This document shows, piece by piece, positions 14,688-27,363 of a stretch of 64,000 nt of DNA (the first letter of the stretch is position 1; the number at the start of each line of letters is the position of its first letter). Source of the stretch: Octopus vulgaris (Eukaryota). The notes beneath the pieces are model-generated. The model searched no databases. It saw nothing but the letters and a program-made list of their open reading frames with translations, and was not told where the DNA came from. Both the position numbers and the translations under genes were made by a program. The stretch spans positions 2,418,001-2,482,000 of the forward strand of contig OX597827.1 in NCBI GenBank assembly GCA_951406725.2. Direction: 5' to 3'.

Positions 14688-15316
14688 TCTAAGATATAAA
14701 AATTTATGAAATTTTTGAGAGGAACGTCGACAAGTTGGAACTAGCTTAACTAAGATATAGAAATATATAAGCAACATCTCAAAGTTTTAAAAAAGCTATA
14801 ATAGTCTATCTATAAACCACCACGTCGTATTTAGGATAAAGGAATCTATGGAAAACCACATCGTAGTTAAGATAAAAACCTATAAACATCTCAAAGATTT
14901 GGCAAACATAGAAAGTAATAGAAAAGGCTTAGACATTCTGGGGGAGAGCTGTTAAATGGCCATTCTATAGTGTGAATGCTTACTGCACCTCCGAAAAACT
15001 ATTGGAAGAGGAGGAATAAGTGGGCTGGGACGAAGAGGAAGCAGACAGGTAAGCTCGCAAAAATTCCAGCTTGGGGACAAATTTATGTATAGAAATTTAG
15101 ATTTTTTGGGGAGGATCTAGCATAGCTAAGATATAGAAATCTATGAAATTTTTGAGAGGAACGTCAACAGGTTGGAACTAGGGTAGCTAAGGTATAGAAA
15201 TTTATAAGCAACATCTCAAAGTTTTAAAAAACTATAGGAGTATATAAACCACTACATCGTATTTATGATAAACGAATCTATTTATAGAAAATGACATCGT
15301 AGTTAAGATATAAAAA
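14688..15316. repeat. ~190-bp direct repeat pair (14688-14878, 15127-15316) around a ~250-bp spacer
   Basis: ATGAAATTTTTGAGAGGAACGTC..GTTGGAACTAG..ATAAGCAACATCTCAAAGTTTTAAAAAA..ACATCGTAGTTAAGATA occurs twice. Confidence 0.85.
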
Positions 15317-15377
15317 CATTATTATTATTATTACTACTACTACTACTACTATTACTACTAGTATAAGTAGTAGTAGT

Positions 15378-15448
<71 letters not shown>

Positions 15449-15454
15449 AGTAAG

Positions 15455-15645
15455 TCGGCGACTGACAGAATCGTTTATGGCATTTCGTCAGTCGTAACGT
15501 TGTGAGTTCAAATGCTACCGGGGTCGACTTTGCCATTCAACCTTCTGGCGTCGATAAATTAAGTACCAGTGAAATACTTGGGTCGATATAATCGTCTAGT
15601 CCACCCCGCCCCCAAGATTTCAGGTGTTGTACTTATAGTAGAAAT
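15455..15645 (+). mobile_element. SINE family A, diverged
   Basis: GAGTTCAAATG..GGGGTCGACTTTGCCATTCAACCTTCTGGCGTCGATAAATTAAGTACCAG. Confidence 0.75.
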
Positions 15646-15719
15646 GATTATTATTATTATCATCGTCATGATCATGATTATCATCATCGTTATTATTATT
15701 ATTATTATTATCATCATCA

Positions 15720-15783
<64 letters not shown>

Positions 15784-15808
15784 CATCATCATCATCATTA
15801 TTCTTCTT

Positions 15809-15889
<81 letters not shown>

Positions 15890-15929
15890 TTATCATCATC
15901 ATCATCTTTATTATCATTATCACCATCAA

Positions 15930-15976
<47 letters not shown>

Positions 15977-16422
15977 ACATCTTCCTCATCATCATTTTTG
16001 TTACCAATGGTGAAACAAGTAATCCATAGCAATTAAAGCAAGCCCCAATTCCCAAAGGGGAAATAACTGCTAGCTAAAATAAATGACCCCAGTTTACATT
16101 ATCAAAAGTCTTGCCAAGTTCGTAATAGTAATTATTACAACCATTATTAATGTTATTTCCGCACAACTGTTACAAGTCCATCATCTCTTGTCTTGTGTTT
16201 ACGAGAATGTTTCTGCAAACAAGGCGCACACAATGAGACATATTTTGTTTCAGTTAATGACACAAAGTCACGAATGTGCCTCCTATCAACCTACCTACCT
16301 AGCTATCTGCATGGATGTATATATATAATTGTGTATGTGTGTGTGTGCATGTATGTATGCATCTATGTATATATATATGCATGTGTGTGTGAGTGTAAGT
16401 ATCAATGTGTACATATATATTA

Positions 16423-16475
<53 letters not shown>

Positions 16476-16528
16476 ATATATATCTATATATATATATAAA
16501 TATATATATATGCGTTTATCTATATCTA

Positions 16529-16887
16529 GGCGCATGGCTCAGTGAAGGCGCATGGCTCAGTGGTTAGAGCGTCGAGCTTACGATCGTGAGGTTGTGAGCT
16601 CGAATCCCGGACCGGGTTGCGTGTTGTGTTCTTGAGCAAGGCACTTTATTTCACGTTGCTCCAGTTCACTCAGCTGTAGAAATGAGTTGCGACGTCACAG
16701 GTGCCAAGCTGTATCGGCCCCTGCCTTTCCCTTGGACAACATCGGTGACGTGGAGAGGGAGAGGCCGGTATGCATGGGCGACTGCTGGTCTTCCATAAAA
16801 CAACCTTGCCCAGACTTGTGCCTCAGAGGGTATCTCTCTAGGTGCAAACCCATGGTCAGTGCCTGACCGAAGGGGGTCTTTACCCTT
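16529..16887 (+). mobile_element. tRNA-derived SINE family C (CORE-like), full length, duplicated head
   Basis: A box TGGCTCAGTGG, B-box-like GCTCGAATCCC, CORE-like TTGAGCAAGGCACTT..CAGTTCACTCAGCTGTAGAAATGAG. Head identical to 20382. Confidence 0.85.
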
Positions 16888-17035
16888 CTTTTATCTATAT
16901 CTATCTATATAAATATCTATATATATAAATACATATACATATACATCATTCTATACAACATATGCACTCATAGGTCATATTACACATATTGCATACATTG
17001 AAGCACATACGAGCATACGCACAGATATATCTGTG

Positions 17036-17102
<67 letters not shown>

Positions 17103-17107
17103 TTATA

Positions 17108-17144
<37 letters not shown>

Positions 17145-17154
17145 GTGTGTCTAT

Positions 17155-17220
<66 letters not shown>

Positions 17221-17310
17221 CTGTCAGTCTGTATGTCTGTCTATCTAAATAACTATATATACGTAAATATAAGCTTGTGTTTATGTATGCATATACAAAT
17301 ATACATATAT

Positions 17311-17389
<79 letters not shown>

Positions 17390-17699
17390 GTATATATATA
17401 TGTATATATATATGTATATATATATGTATATATATATATATATATATACATATACAATACGTTAGTTGATGGTATGTGAAAAACCGACCACACGCAATAT
17501 AAGTAAGAGACCTGTTATTTTTACGTCATCGAGTAATAATTGTCACTTCACTATATTGACGACTCCTGTGGCATGCTGGCAGGGAGCGCTTGGTCTGTTT
17601 TTATGCCGAAAGCATATAGACTCTGCAATGGTTCGGTGGTCGCAAAACGAAACATAGCAAAAACCATTATTTCTCTGGAGAGCTATGACTACGTCACCA

Positions 17700-18083
17700 A
17701 AAGGTATTTGTCCTTGAGAGGATAGTTTACGAACGTTTTACTTTTCGAGTTCAGGAAAAGACTTGGACATTATGGATAGTTTAGGAAAATTCTCCGCTTC
17801 AACAGAGTGTGCATCTTCTATTTCTATTAAGAAGTAGTGTAAAACGTTCTAAGAAACTTCTGTTAATTTTATAGGACAGTTTTTCCTTATTTGATCCCCA
17901 TATAAAACTGATTGTATTTTGCGCCTCTCCAACATTGTGGAAGAGGAAATGTGATTACTGAATTTGGTTTTAAAGGATTCCTCCTTTACCTTTATGTATT
18001 TCCGCATATGCGTCGTCCTGTTAGTGTTAGTTGACACCGTTTTTGTCTCGTAAGCAACAGCTTATGTGTTGCATTATCCATTC
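17700..18083 (-). pseudogene. Penelope-like element GIY-YIG endonuclease remnant
   Basis: Frameshifted minus-strand translation NG*CNT*AVAYET..KYIKVKEESFKTKFSNHISS..FIWGSNKEKLSYKINRSFLER..NRRCTLC..LNSKS..KDKYL matches the PLE (Neptune-type) EN pattern YIG.TE..FK.R..NH..SF / YIW.LK....Y.I.W.IL / RC.LC..EK / LNSR.E....C.H..K. Confidence 0.75.
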
Positions 18084-18094
18084 ACTGGGCACTG

Positions 18095-18560
18095 GGGAGG
18101 AGGCTAGTCGATTACATCGCCTCAGTGCATAACTGGTACTTATTTCATCGACTCCGAACGATGAACGGCAAAGTCGACTTATAATTTGGACTCAGAACGT
18201 AGCGACGGGCGAAATACCTATTTCTTTACTACCCACAAGGGTACTTAATTTATCGACCTCGAAAGATTGAAAGGCAAAGTCGACCTCAGCGGAATTTGAA
18301 CTCAGAACGTAACGGCAAACGAAATACCTATTTCTTTACTACCCACAAGGGGCTAAACAGAGAGGGGACAAACAAGGACAGACAAACGGATTAAGTCGAT
18401 TATATCGACACCAGTGCGTAACTGGTACTTATTTAATCGACCCCGAAAGGATAAAAGGCAAAGTCGACCTCGGCGGAATTCGGACTCAGAACGTAGCGGC
18501 AGACGAAATACCGCTAAGCATTTCGCTCGGCGTGCTAACGATTCTGCTGGATCGCCGCCT
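18095..18560 (-). mobile_element. Head-to-tail array of three SINE family A units
   Basis: CTCAGAACGTA..CGAAATAC occurs at ~18191, ~18301 and ~18485. The first two are fused directly to the tail CTATTTCTTTACTACCCACAAGG. Confidence 0.85.
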
Positions 18561-18567
18561 TAATAAC

Positions 18568-18663
<96 letters not shown>

Positions 18664-18726
18664 AAGAAGAAGAAGAAGAAGAAGAAGAAGAAGAAGAAGA
18701 AGAAGAAGAAGAAGAAGAAGAAGAAT

Positions 18727-18940
18727 GGTTTCAAATTTTGCCACAAGGGCAGTACTTTCGAAGGAGGGGACAAATCGATTGCATCGACCCCAGTGTTCAA
18801 ATAGTACTTATTTTATCGACCCCAAAAGGATGAAAAGCAAAGTCGACCTCGGCGGAATTTGAACTCAGAACGTAGCGACGGACGAAATACCACGAAGCAT
18901 TTTGTCCAGCGCGCTAACAATTTTGCCAGTTAGCTGCCTT
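18727..18940 (-). mobile_element. SINE family A, alternative-tail subfamily
   Basis: Same head and central domain, with tail GGTTTCAAATTTTGCCACAAGG on the plus strand. Confidence 0.8.
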
Positions 18941-19606
18941 AACAACAACAACAATAATAATAATAATAATATTAACGACATCTCAACATCAAAATATAAA
19001 AAGTAAACTTGTGGCCGTTTTCTTTCTTTTGTTTTCGTTTTTCTTTTACCGTTCTGCGTTTGGTTTACTGAATGTTCTTAGATTTGCAAAAGTTGTTAAG
19101 ACTTAAAAGTACTGTGTTCGATTTTCATCTTAAAATCCGCGTACAACAATATCGGTTAAATAATTCCACTTAATGGATCTGGTAACTTGAGAAGATTTCA
19201 TAATGGAGCCTGGTTTGGAAGTTGACATTGAGATAAAAGGAGGAAGAACCAAAAAGAGAATCGCAACAGACGACAGAAAGAGAACAAAAGAACGACTGAA
19301 CGAGAGAACGACAGAATGTACAGCAATATGCAGAATACAAAATACGGAATACTTGATTGTCCAAGCATTGGATTAGTGCTATCTTTGACTACTAATCCAT
19401 AGAGGCAATTACGGTGAATGAATCTGCTTTTCAAGAAGAGATGGGCAGCCATTTGCCGGAGATATTTTGTCTTACGTTCTTTCACGTTTTTTTTTGTTTT
19501 TTTTTTTCTGGGCGATGTCGGCTGTTGGGTGAGATTGTAAGAGTCGTGTCTCTTTTATGTTATTTCTTTCTCTTTCTCTTTCTTTTCTCTTCTCTTCTCT
19601 TCTTAC

Positions 19607-19682
19607 CATTGGTAGTAAGACTAGAAGCGAAACAAAAATCCCCCTTAAGCACATTTGTAGATTAGCGGTATTTCCGGTTAAG
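19607..19682 (-). other. Candidate exon encoding LTGNTANLQMCLRGIFVSLLVLLPM (signal-peptide/TM-like)
   Basis: Acceptor CTTTCCTCTGCAG, donor ATG|GTAAGA, one fully open frame, non-repetitive sequence. No recognisable homology. Confidence 0.35.
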
Positions 19683-20158
19683 CTGCAGAGGAAAGTTTAG
19701 AATTGTTTTTTCTTCATGTTTTTTGTCTTGTTATATATTATATATTTTATATTTGCATTGAGTCAACTTTTTTTTTCACGTGAAGGAATGGAGGCAGAAG
19801 GGTTGGAAAAAGAATAGGAGGAGCAGGCGGAGGAGGAGGAGGAGAAGTGGGGAGAGAGAGAGAGAGAAAGTGCATTAAAAAAAGGCATTTGATAAAAATC
19901 AATTATATCAAAAGAAAGTAGAGAATTTATAATGTTTTATGGCTGCTGCGAGAGTTTAACAGAAGGATGGAGATAGTCGTAGCTGTTAGGGTGGGTGGCG
20001 GTTATGGATGTAGTGATGGTTGTGGGTAGTGGTGGCAGTGGATGTGGGGGTTGGCAGTGGTGGTGACGGTGTTCTTTGGTAGTGCTGGTGGTGGTGGTGG
20101 TGGTGGTAATGACTCTAGATTATACGTTTCTAGTCTTGTTGACGTTAGTTGTAGGAGA

Positions 20159-20372
20159 GTTGCCGGTCGCATTAATGGAGAGTGTTTGTGATATTTATCC
20201 CCACTAAAACGTGGATGTTCTGTAAGAACAAACTATACTGCGGTAGATACCACGAGAGAAACTCTTATATTGGCTTTTGGTGCAAAATGTATGCAGAGTA
20301 GTTTGTTCAAACAGATCATCCACGTTTCATCGGGGATAAGTATTACCTCTCCGTATTAATGCAGCCTCAATT
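20159..20372. repeat. Long imperfect inverted repeat (foldback MITE-like)
   Basis: GTGATATTTATCCCCACTAAAACGTGGATGTTCTGTAAGAACAAACT pairs with AGTTTGTTCAAACAGATCATCCACGTTTCATCGGGGATAAGTATTAC. Outer GCATTAATGGAGAG pairs with CTCTCCGTATTAATGC. Confidence 0.8.
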
Positions 20373-20381
20373 GCTTATAGT

Positions 20382-20486
20382 GTGAAGGCGCATGGCTCAG
20401 TGGTTAGAGCGTCGAGCTTACGATCGCGAGGTTGTGAGCTCGAATCCCGGACCGGGCTGCGTGTTGTGTTCTTGAGCAAGACACTT
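20382..20486 (+). mobile_element. SINE family C head, 3'-truncated
   Basis: Near identical to 16542-16646. Confidence 0.85.
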
Positions 20487-20504
20487 GGTGGTGATGGTGG
20501 TGAT

Positions 20505-20724
20505 GACGAGCTGGCAGAATGGTTAGCACGCCGGGCGAAATGCTTACCGGTATTTCGTCTACCGTTATGTTCTGAGTTCAAATTCCGCCGAGGTCGACTT
20601 TTCCTTTCAGCCTTTCGGGGTCGATAAATCAAGTACCAGTTACGCACTGGGGTCGATGTAATCGACTTAATATCCTTGTTGGTCCACTCTATGTTTAGCC
20701 CCCAGAGGGCAATAAAAAAATAAG
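20505..20724 (+). mobile_element. SINE family A
   Basis: GACGAGCTGGCAGAATGGTTAGCACGCCGGGCG...GGGCAATAAA. Confidence 0.9.
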
Positions 20725-21226
20725 GGATGGTGGTGGTCAGCCTCATTGTAATCGTCATCGTCGTCATCATCATCATCACCACCGCCGCCACCACCTCCAC
20801 CACCACCATCATCATCATCTACCCCTCCCACACACACATATAAACACAAACATATATTAATACACATACATGTACACACATTTATATACTTTCTTTATCT
20901 CATCTCTGTCTTCATTTCAACCTTTTTATCCCATTTACTCATCGTAATCGGAAGAAACTCTGAGATAGGAACCCGTCTGGTACTTCAAACAGATTAGTTG
21001 TCCTTCAGCTTTATACCATAGAGGAGTAAAATAACCATATTCTTAGAGCTAATAACACCACATTCCGAGCCAAATGGCGGAGAGATTGGCGATTGACACA
21101 TGAACAATAAAAATCTATCACTCAAATAACACCGTGGGACTGAACAAACAGGGCAATTAGTATGCTTGTGTGTGTGTGTATATATATATATACATATATA
21201 CATATTATATATATATATATACATAT

Positions 21227-21266
<40 letters not shown>

Positions 21267-21294
21267 CAGGCGCAGGAGTAGCTGTGTGGTAATA

Positions 21295-21645
21295 TAAATA
21301 AGATATAAATATATGCATATATACATACATATATGTACATAGCTACATATATATGTATATATACATGCATATATGGGTACAGGACATCAAAAAGATGTTG
21401 AACACAATGAGAAACGAAAACATAAAAACAAAAACATAGAAACGAACTTTTTTTCGAACAACGAAAAAACAGAGAAACGAGACATACAACATGAAGAATA
21501 TTCCCCTTCATCAGCTGTCCCTATTTCATCTACTCCGCGTTTTTAGAAGGCAAGGACAATACGCGACTTCGTTGAAGCAGTCCTACCCGCAAAGTAAATT
21601 AAATAAAATTTGGGATATTTTGCGGAGAGCGAAAGTGGTAACAAT
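21295..21645. repeat. Dispersed repeat, second longer copy at ~36325-36870
   Basis: ATATGGGTACAGGACATCAAAA...TTCATCAG.TGTCCCTATTTCATCTACTCCGCGT...AAGGACAATACGCGAC shared between both copies. Confidence 0.85.
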
Positions 21646-21854
21646 TTTAAAAACTTTTTGCTAGTTCATTTTGTCTTTTTATCTTCTCTCCTGGTGCTGT
21701 ATGAACTTTTAATGTGGTTTTAGAGTCATGTTTTGGCTGCTATTTCCAGCGTGATGATATCTCTTAGATACCCTGAATTTTAATGATAATTATTACATTT
21801 AAAGGTTTTTATTCCCATGCTGGCCACTTGATAAGTTCGATATATATATATGGC

Positions 21855-22180
21855 ATGGCTTTTCGTCGGTTACGTCGACGTATGTTCCAGTTAATTCGAT
21901 CAACGAAACGGCTTGCGCGTGGAGTTAACGAACAAGTGACTGAGCACTCCGCAAACATGCGATCCCTTAACGAATTTTTGAGGGAGATTTAGCGAGACAG
22001 AGAATGTGGTGAGGCTGGTCCTTTTAAATTATCGGCACAGCGCATTTTCCCAGCTTAGTTGGACTGGAGTGACGTGAAATAAAGTGTGCTGCTCGAGGAC
22101 ACAGCACGCCGCTGAGAATTGAAATCATGACCACACCGTCGTGAGCCGGATACCTTAACCACTAAGCCACGCGCCTTCAC
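21855..22180 (-). mobile_element. tRNA-derived CORE-like SINE (family C-related head, different tail), diverged
   Basis: Minus strand begins GTGAAGGCGCGTGGCTTAGTGGTTAAGG and contains CACTTTATTTCACGTCACTCCAGTCCAACTAAGCTG. Confidence 0.75.
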
Positions 22181-22187
22181 ACACAGT

Positions 22188-23195
22188 CATACATACATAC
22201 ATACATACATACATACATACATACATACATACATACATACATACATACATACAAACATACATACATGCATGCATGCATGCATGCATACATACATACATAC
22301 AAACATACATACATACATACATACATACATACATACATACATACATACATACATACATACATACACACACACTTACGTACATACATACATACATACATAC
22401 ATACATGCATGAATTCATACATACATACATACATACATACATACAAACATGCATGCATGCATGCATGCATGCATACATACATGCATACATACATACATGC
22501 ATACATACATACATACATACACACTTACGTACATACATACATACATACATACATACATACATACATGCATGAATTCATACATACATAGATACATACATAC
22601 AAACATACATACATTCATGCATGCATGCATGCATGCATACATACATGCATACATACATACATACATACATACATACATACATACATACTTACGTACATAC
22701 ATACATACATACATACATACATACATACATACATACATACATGAATGCATGCATGCATGCATACATACATGCATACAAACATACATACATACATACATAC
22801 ACACACACATACATACATACATACACACACACATACATACATACATACATACATACATACATACATACATACATACATACATACATACATACATACATAC
22901 ATACATACATACATACATACATACATACATACATACATACATACATACATACATACATACATACATACATACATACATACATACATACATACATACATAC
23001 ATACATACATACATACATACATACATACATACATACATACATACATACATACATACATACATACATACATACATACATACATACATACATACATACATAC
23101 ATACATACATACATACATACATACATACATACATACATACATACATACATACATACATACATACATACATACATACATACATACATACATACATA
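22188..23195. repeat. ~1-kb (CATA)n microsatellite
   Basis: Direct observation. Interrupted left half, pure right half. Confidence 0.98.
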
Positions 23196-23327
23196 AGGTT
23201 AGAATCCGGCTCTTTCCATATTGGCAAGAAATCTTGAAATAGAACCGAATAACGACATACATACATATGTTACCATGGTATTTGTGTGACCGCACGAGCG
23301 TGTGTTTGTGTGCGTGTGCGTATGTAT

Positions 23328-23563
23328 ATACCTATTTCTTTATTACCCACAAGGGGCTAAAGACAGAGGGGACAAACAAGGACAGACATAGGTATTAGGT
23401 CGATTACATCGACCCCAGTACGTAACTGGTACTTAATTTATCGACCCCGAAAGGATGAAAGGCAAAGTCGACCTCGGCGGAATTTGAACTCAGAACGTAA
23501 CGACAGACAAAATACGGCTACGCATTTCGCCCGGCGTGCTAACGTTTCTGCCAGCTCGCCGCC
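23328..23563 (-). mobile_element. SINE family A, full length with TSD
   Basis: Colinear with the other copies. TGTATATACC at 23323-23332 and 23564-23573. Confidence 0.92.
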
Positions 23564-23829
23564 TGTATATACCGTATGTATATACCGGAGAGTAACCATC
23601 AAATAATAGTAAGGTTTTCAAGAAAAGATGAAAACTAAAAACCGTTTAAATTAAGATGATAATCTTGTTAGATATTTAATCATCTAGTGAAATAGACAGA
23701 AAGCGGTCATGATAATTATTCGGTTCTATAGAATAAAACCTCTTAATATTTGGTTCGTAGCCAACATTATTTCTTTATCATATAATGTATCTTTAATCCA
23801 AGTTAAGAGGCAGCCACAGATTCGTTGGT

Positions 23830-24132
23830 ACTTGACTTAGTGGAAACACTAACCAAATACCCTCAAATCACACCTGGTTTTAAAAGCAACCAACGGTGGA
23901 ATTAGTCGGAACACATTTGACGGTATGTGTGCGCTTGGTTGCGAGTGACATGGGTAGAAATAGTAGCGAGATATCCCTTTAATCATAAATGTTTAGTTTT
24001 AAAAAGAAAGAACGGTAGAATTAGTCGGAATGCATTTGATGGTGTGTGTGTGTGTGTGCTATGTTGGGAGTGAAATGAATAGAAATAGTAGCCAAATATC
24101 CCTAAAATCATACCTTTTACTTTGAAAAAGGA
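23830..24132. repeat. ~120-bp tandem duplication of an old repeat tail
   Basis: AACGGT.GAATTAGTCGGAA..CATTTGA.GGT..TAGAAATAGTAGC..ATATCCCT..AATCATA occurs twice, plus a partial third unit. Confidence 0.75.
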
Positions 24133-24257
24133 AGCAGTATGGCTCTGGCAAGAACACACTGGGCCTGACGTTGCGGTAAAAAACTACGGCATACACAAAA
24201 CTCTCTTTCTAAAGTGTTACATTCGATACGGAGTCAATGGATCTTCTAGATATATTG

Positions 24258-24338
<81 letters not shown>

Positions 24339-24505
24339 ACTGTCTGCCTGTGTGCCTGTCTGTATGTGTGTCTGTCTGCCTATCTATCTGTCTGTCTGTC
24401 TCTCTGCCTATCTGTCTGTCTCTCTCAGAATTTTGAGCCTTGTGCCTAGAGTAGAAAAGAATATGCATTATCTATCCATCTAGCTAACTGTTTGACTGTC
24501 TGTCT

Positions 24506-24543
<38 letters not shown>

Positions 24544-26049
24544 CCAAATATATCTTTGCACCCATAAACACAATTTTTCAGATCCGCTACTACCTACTTT
24601 ACGAGCCTTCACAAAGAAAAAGAGAGAGAAAGGAAAATGTCCTACCTATTTGAAGACTATGGAAATATTTACAAAGCATTTCATTTCATTTTTTATTCAA
24701 TTTAATTGCTTTTCTCCCCAATTAATATCCACCTTTGTTTTGCTCTTAGATGATGCCTAAAGGACAGAAACCCGTACATACCGTTACAAAATGTATTTCA
24801 TGATAATATTATTTTAGCATTTTCTACCTTGTCTTATTTTCCTTATACATATCAACTTGGGCGACACTTTTCAACTTTGTACACACACACACACACACAC
24901 ATATGTAAGTAGCTACTTGTATGCATCTCAGTAGGTGTACATATATGTTTGTGCTTGAATGTATACGCAAGATACATGAAATATTTTTTAAATCACTTAC
25001 ATGCCAACAAATGCATTCTAATGTAAAGCATACATATAGAAATGTTCAGTATTCTGCAGAGGTATATTTAGATGTCTAAAATAGATAGTCTTGATGTAGC
25101 ATCAAAGTTGGAGAATACAGTGCAAATTCTCGCCAGTACGGCGCTACTAGAAAACTAAGTGCAGTGTAGGATTTATTAATCCTTGTCGAAGTTCAATTAA
25201 CTCTGCAACTGTGTGGTCATAAGGATGTAAAGCTTAGCTCCCTGCATTTCTTTGTGCACCAGACTACATATATGCATACGAAACAAGGCATGCACACACA
25301 GAAACACACACACATATATGTATACACCATATTCGCAAAGCCAGAAATATGAATATGTATGCATATATGTATGTACACAAGGTTACAGAGATACATACAT
25401 ACATACAGTCATACATATATACATACATATATATGTGTGTATATATGCATATATGTATATATATATATTTATATGTATGTACGTATGTATATATTTATGT
25501 GAGTGTGTGTATGTGTGTGTATTTGTGTCTGTATGTGTGTGCATGATGTGTTTTGTTAGTGCATGTTTATATATGTGTGCAAATGAAATTCTTTGTATAT
25601 ATATATATATATATGCATGTGTCCGCGCGTTTTAGGTACACACACAGATACACGCGCACACACATGTACTCACCCCATTTATATATATGTGTGTATATAA
25701 TGGAGAAATTATACAAAATGCATAACTAGATGATGAGTATTATATATGTATATATATATATATATATATGTATATATTGGCCTGCTCGCTTAGCCTGCGG
25801 GGTGGTGTCATTTGAAGGCTAAAACAATGCGAAGCGCATTGTGACCAGCGATGTGTAGCAACATCTGATAGCCTGGTCGGTCACGGTGATCACTGTGATA
25901 TGTATATATATATATATATACATAGATAATTCTTACTTTGTATGCTTTCTGAATATGTGAAACACAGACAGAGATGTACACACACAATACACTCTCCGAA
26001 ACATGCATTCCGATGGGCACGCGTATGCGCAAACACTGACATACACTCA

Positions 26050-26262
26050 CGCTTCTTTCAGTTTCCGTTTACCAATCGACTCACGAAGCTTTGGTCGGCC
26101 CGAATCTATAGTAGAAGATACTTGCTCAAGGTGCCAAGTAGTGGGACTGAACCCGGTGAGAAAATTCTATAGTTTGTAAGATATTTGTTGTTTTTTTTCT
26201 TCAATTTCTGCAATTTATGTGGTTGGTAAGTAAGCTACTTACCACACAGCCACTTCTGCGCC
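26050..26262 (-). mobile_element. SINE family B 5' half interrupted by a ~60-bp insert
   Basis: GCTTCTTTCAGTTTCCG..GGGACTGAACCCGG [insert] ATGTGGTTGGTAAG..CACACAGCCACTTCTGCGCC. Confidence 0.8.
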
Positions 26263-27050
26263 TATACACACACACATATAAGCCTATATATATATATATA
26301 TATATTTATATATTTATACGTATATATATATATAGGCATATATATAACCACATGGTTACGAAGAGAGTTTCTATACTACAAGAGCATGTCTGAGTTATGC
26401 ATACGCAGTCATAACTCAACCATATAGATCTATATAATATGTAATAGCATCCATGCTTGTATACAGCATAGGTACATATTTGCGTCTACAAGTACGTGCT
26501 TATATGGATAAATGCGTAGATGTATACGATATACATATATATACATACATGCATACAGTTATGCATTGAAGCATACATATTATGAACGTAGTGTCTACAT
26601 TCTCCATTGCTGCTGTCTAAATTCCAATGAAAGAGCTCTACTTTTGGATTAGAAACCATCTCTTTATGCAGTGATGAGAAAAGTAAATTCGGAAAGTAAA
26701 ACTGGAACATTCATACGTATGTGACTATATGAAAGACACTGGTATATCTGTGTGCGTGGGTGTGTGCGTGTGCATGGGTGTGTGAATGTGTGTGTGTGTG
26801 TGGAGGAGAGGGGAGACAATTCTCCACTCGGGCCACATATGTACATATAAACCACCCACTCTCTTTTCTTTTATCCTTTCTAATTATTTCTTCTCCTCTC
26901 ACTACTTCTCTCTCAATTACTACAAGTTCATTCGTCTCTTTTAAGATTGATTCCTCTTTTTCATCCATCCATCTCTTTATCAATCTATCTGTCTGGCGAT
27001 ATGTCTCTCCATCTGTCTGTCTGTCTATCTATCCGTCTAGTTCTCTGTTA

Positions 27051-27083
<33 letters not shown>

Positions 27084-27092
27084 TTCTCTCTC

Positions 27093-27167
<75 letters not shown>

Positions 27168-27268
27168 CTCTGTCTGTCTATCTATCTATCTATCTATATA
27201 TCTCTCTGTCTATCTTTCTATCTATCTCTCTGTCTGTCTATCTTTCTATCTATCTATCTCTCTGTCTG

Positions 27269-27363
<95 letters not shown>

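Noticed and set aside
16546-16615. tRNA-like sequences (also 20386, 32470, 50262-50333, 54182)
   Set aside because: Acceptor stems do not pair and they continue into SINE bodies, so they are SINE heads and not tRNA genes
17550-17625. TTGACGA...GAAAGCATATAG hammerhead-like
   Set aside because: No NUH in register and helix II does not close at the core
19354-19364. TGATTGTCCAA matches the first 11 nt of miR-219-5p
   Set aside because: The remaining nucleotides diverge and there is no complementary 3p arm, so it is not a miRNA gene. At most it is a chance or target site on the minus strand.
24745-24780. Hammerhead-like TAGATGA-TGCC-taaa-GGACA-GAAA-CCC-GTA
   Set aside because: Two core changes and no helix I. 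Possibly a relic, but unsupported.
26350-26425. Minus-strand hammerhead-like layout (ATGGT..GAAAC..GTA-ACCAT)
   Set aside because: The CUGANGA box is not recognisable
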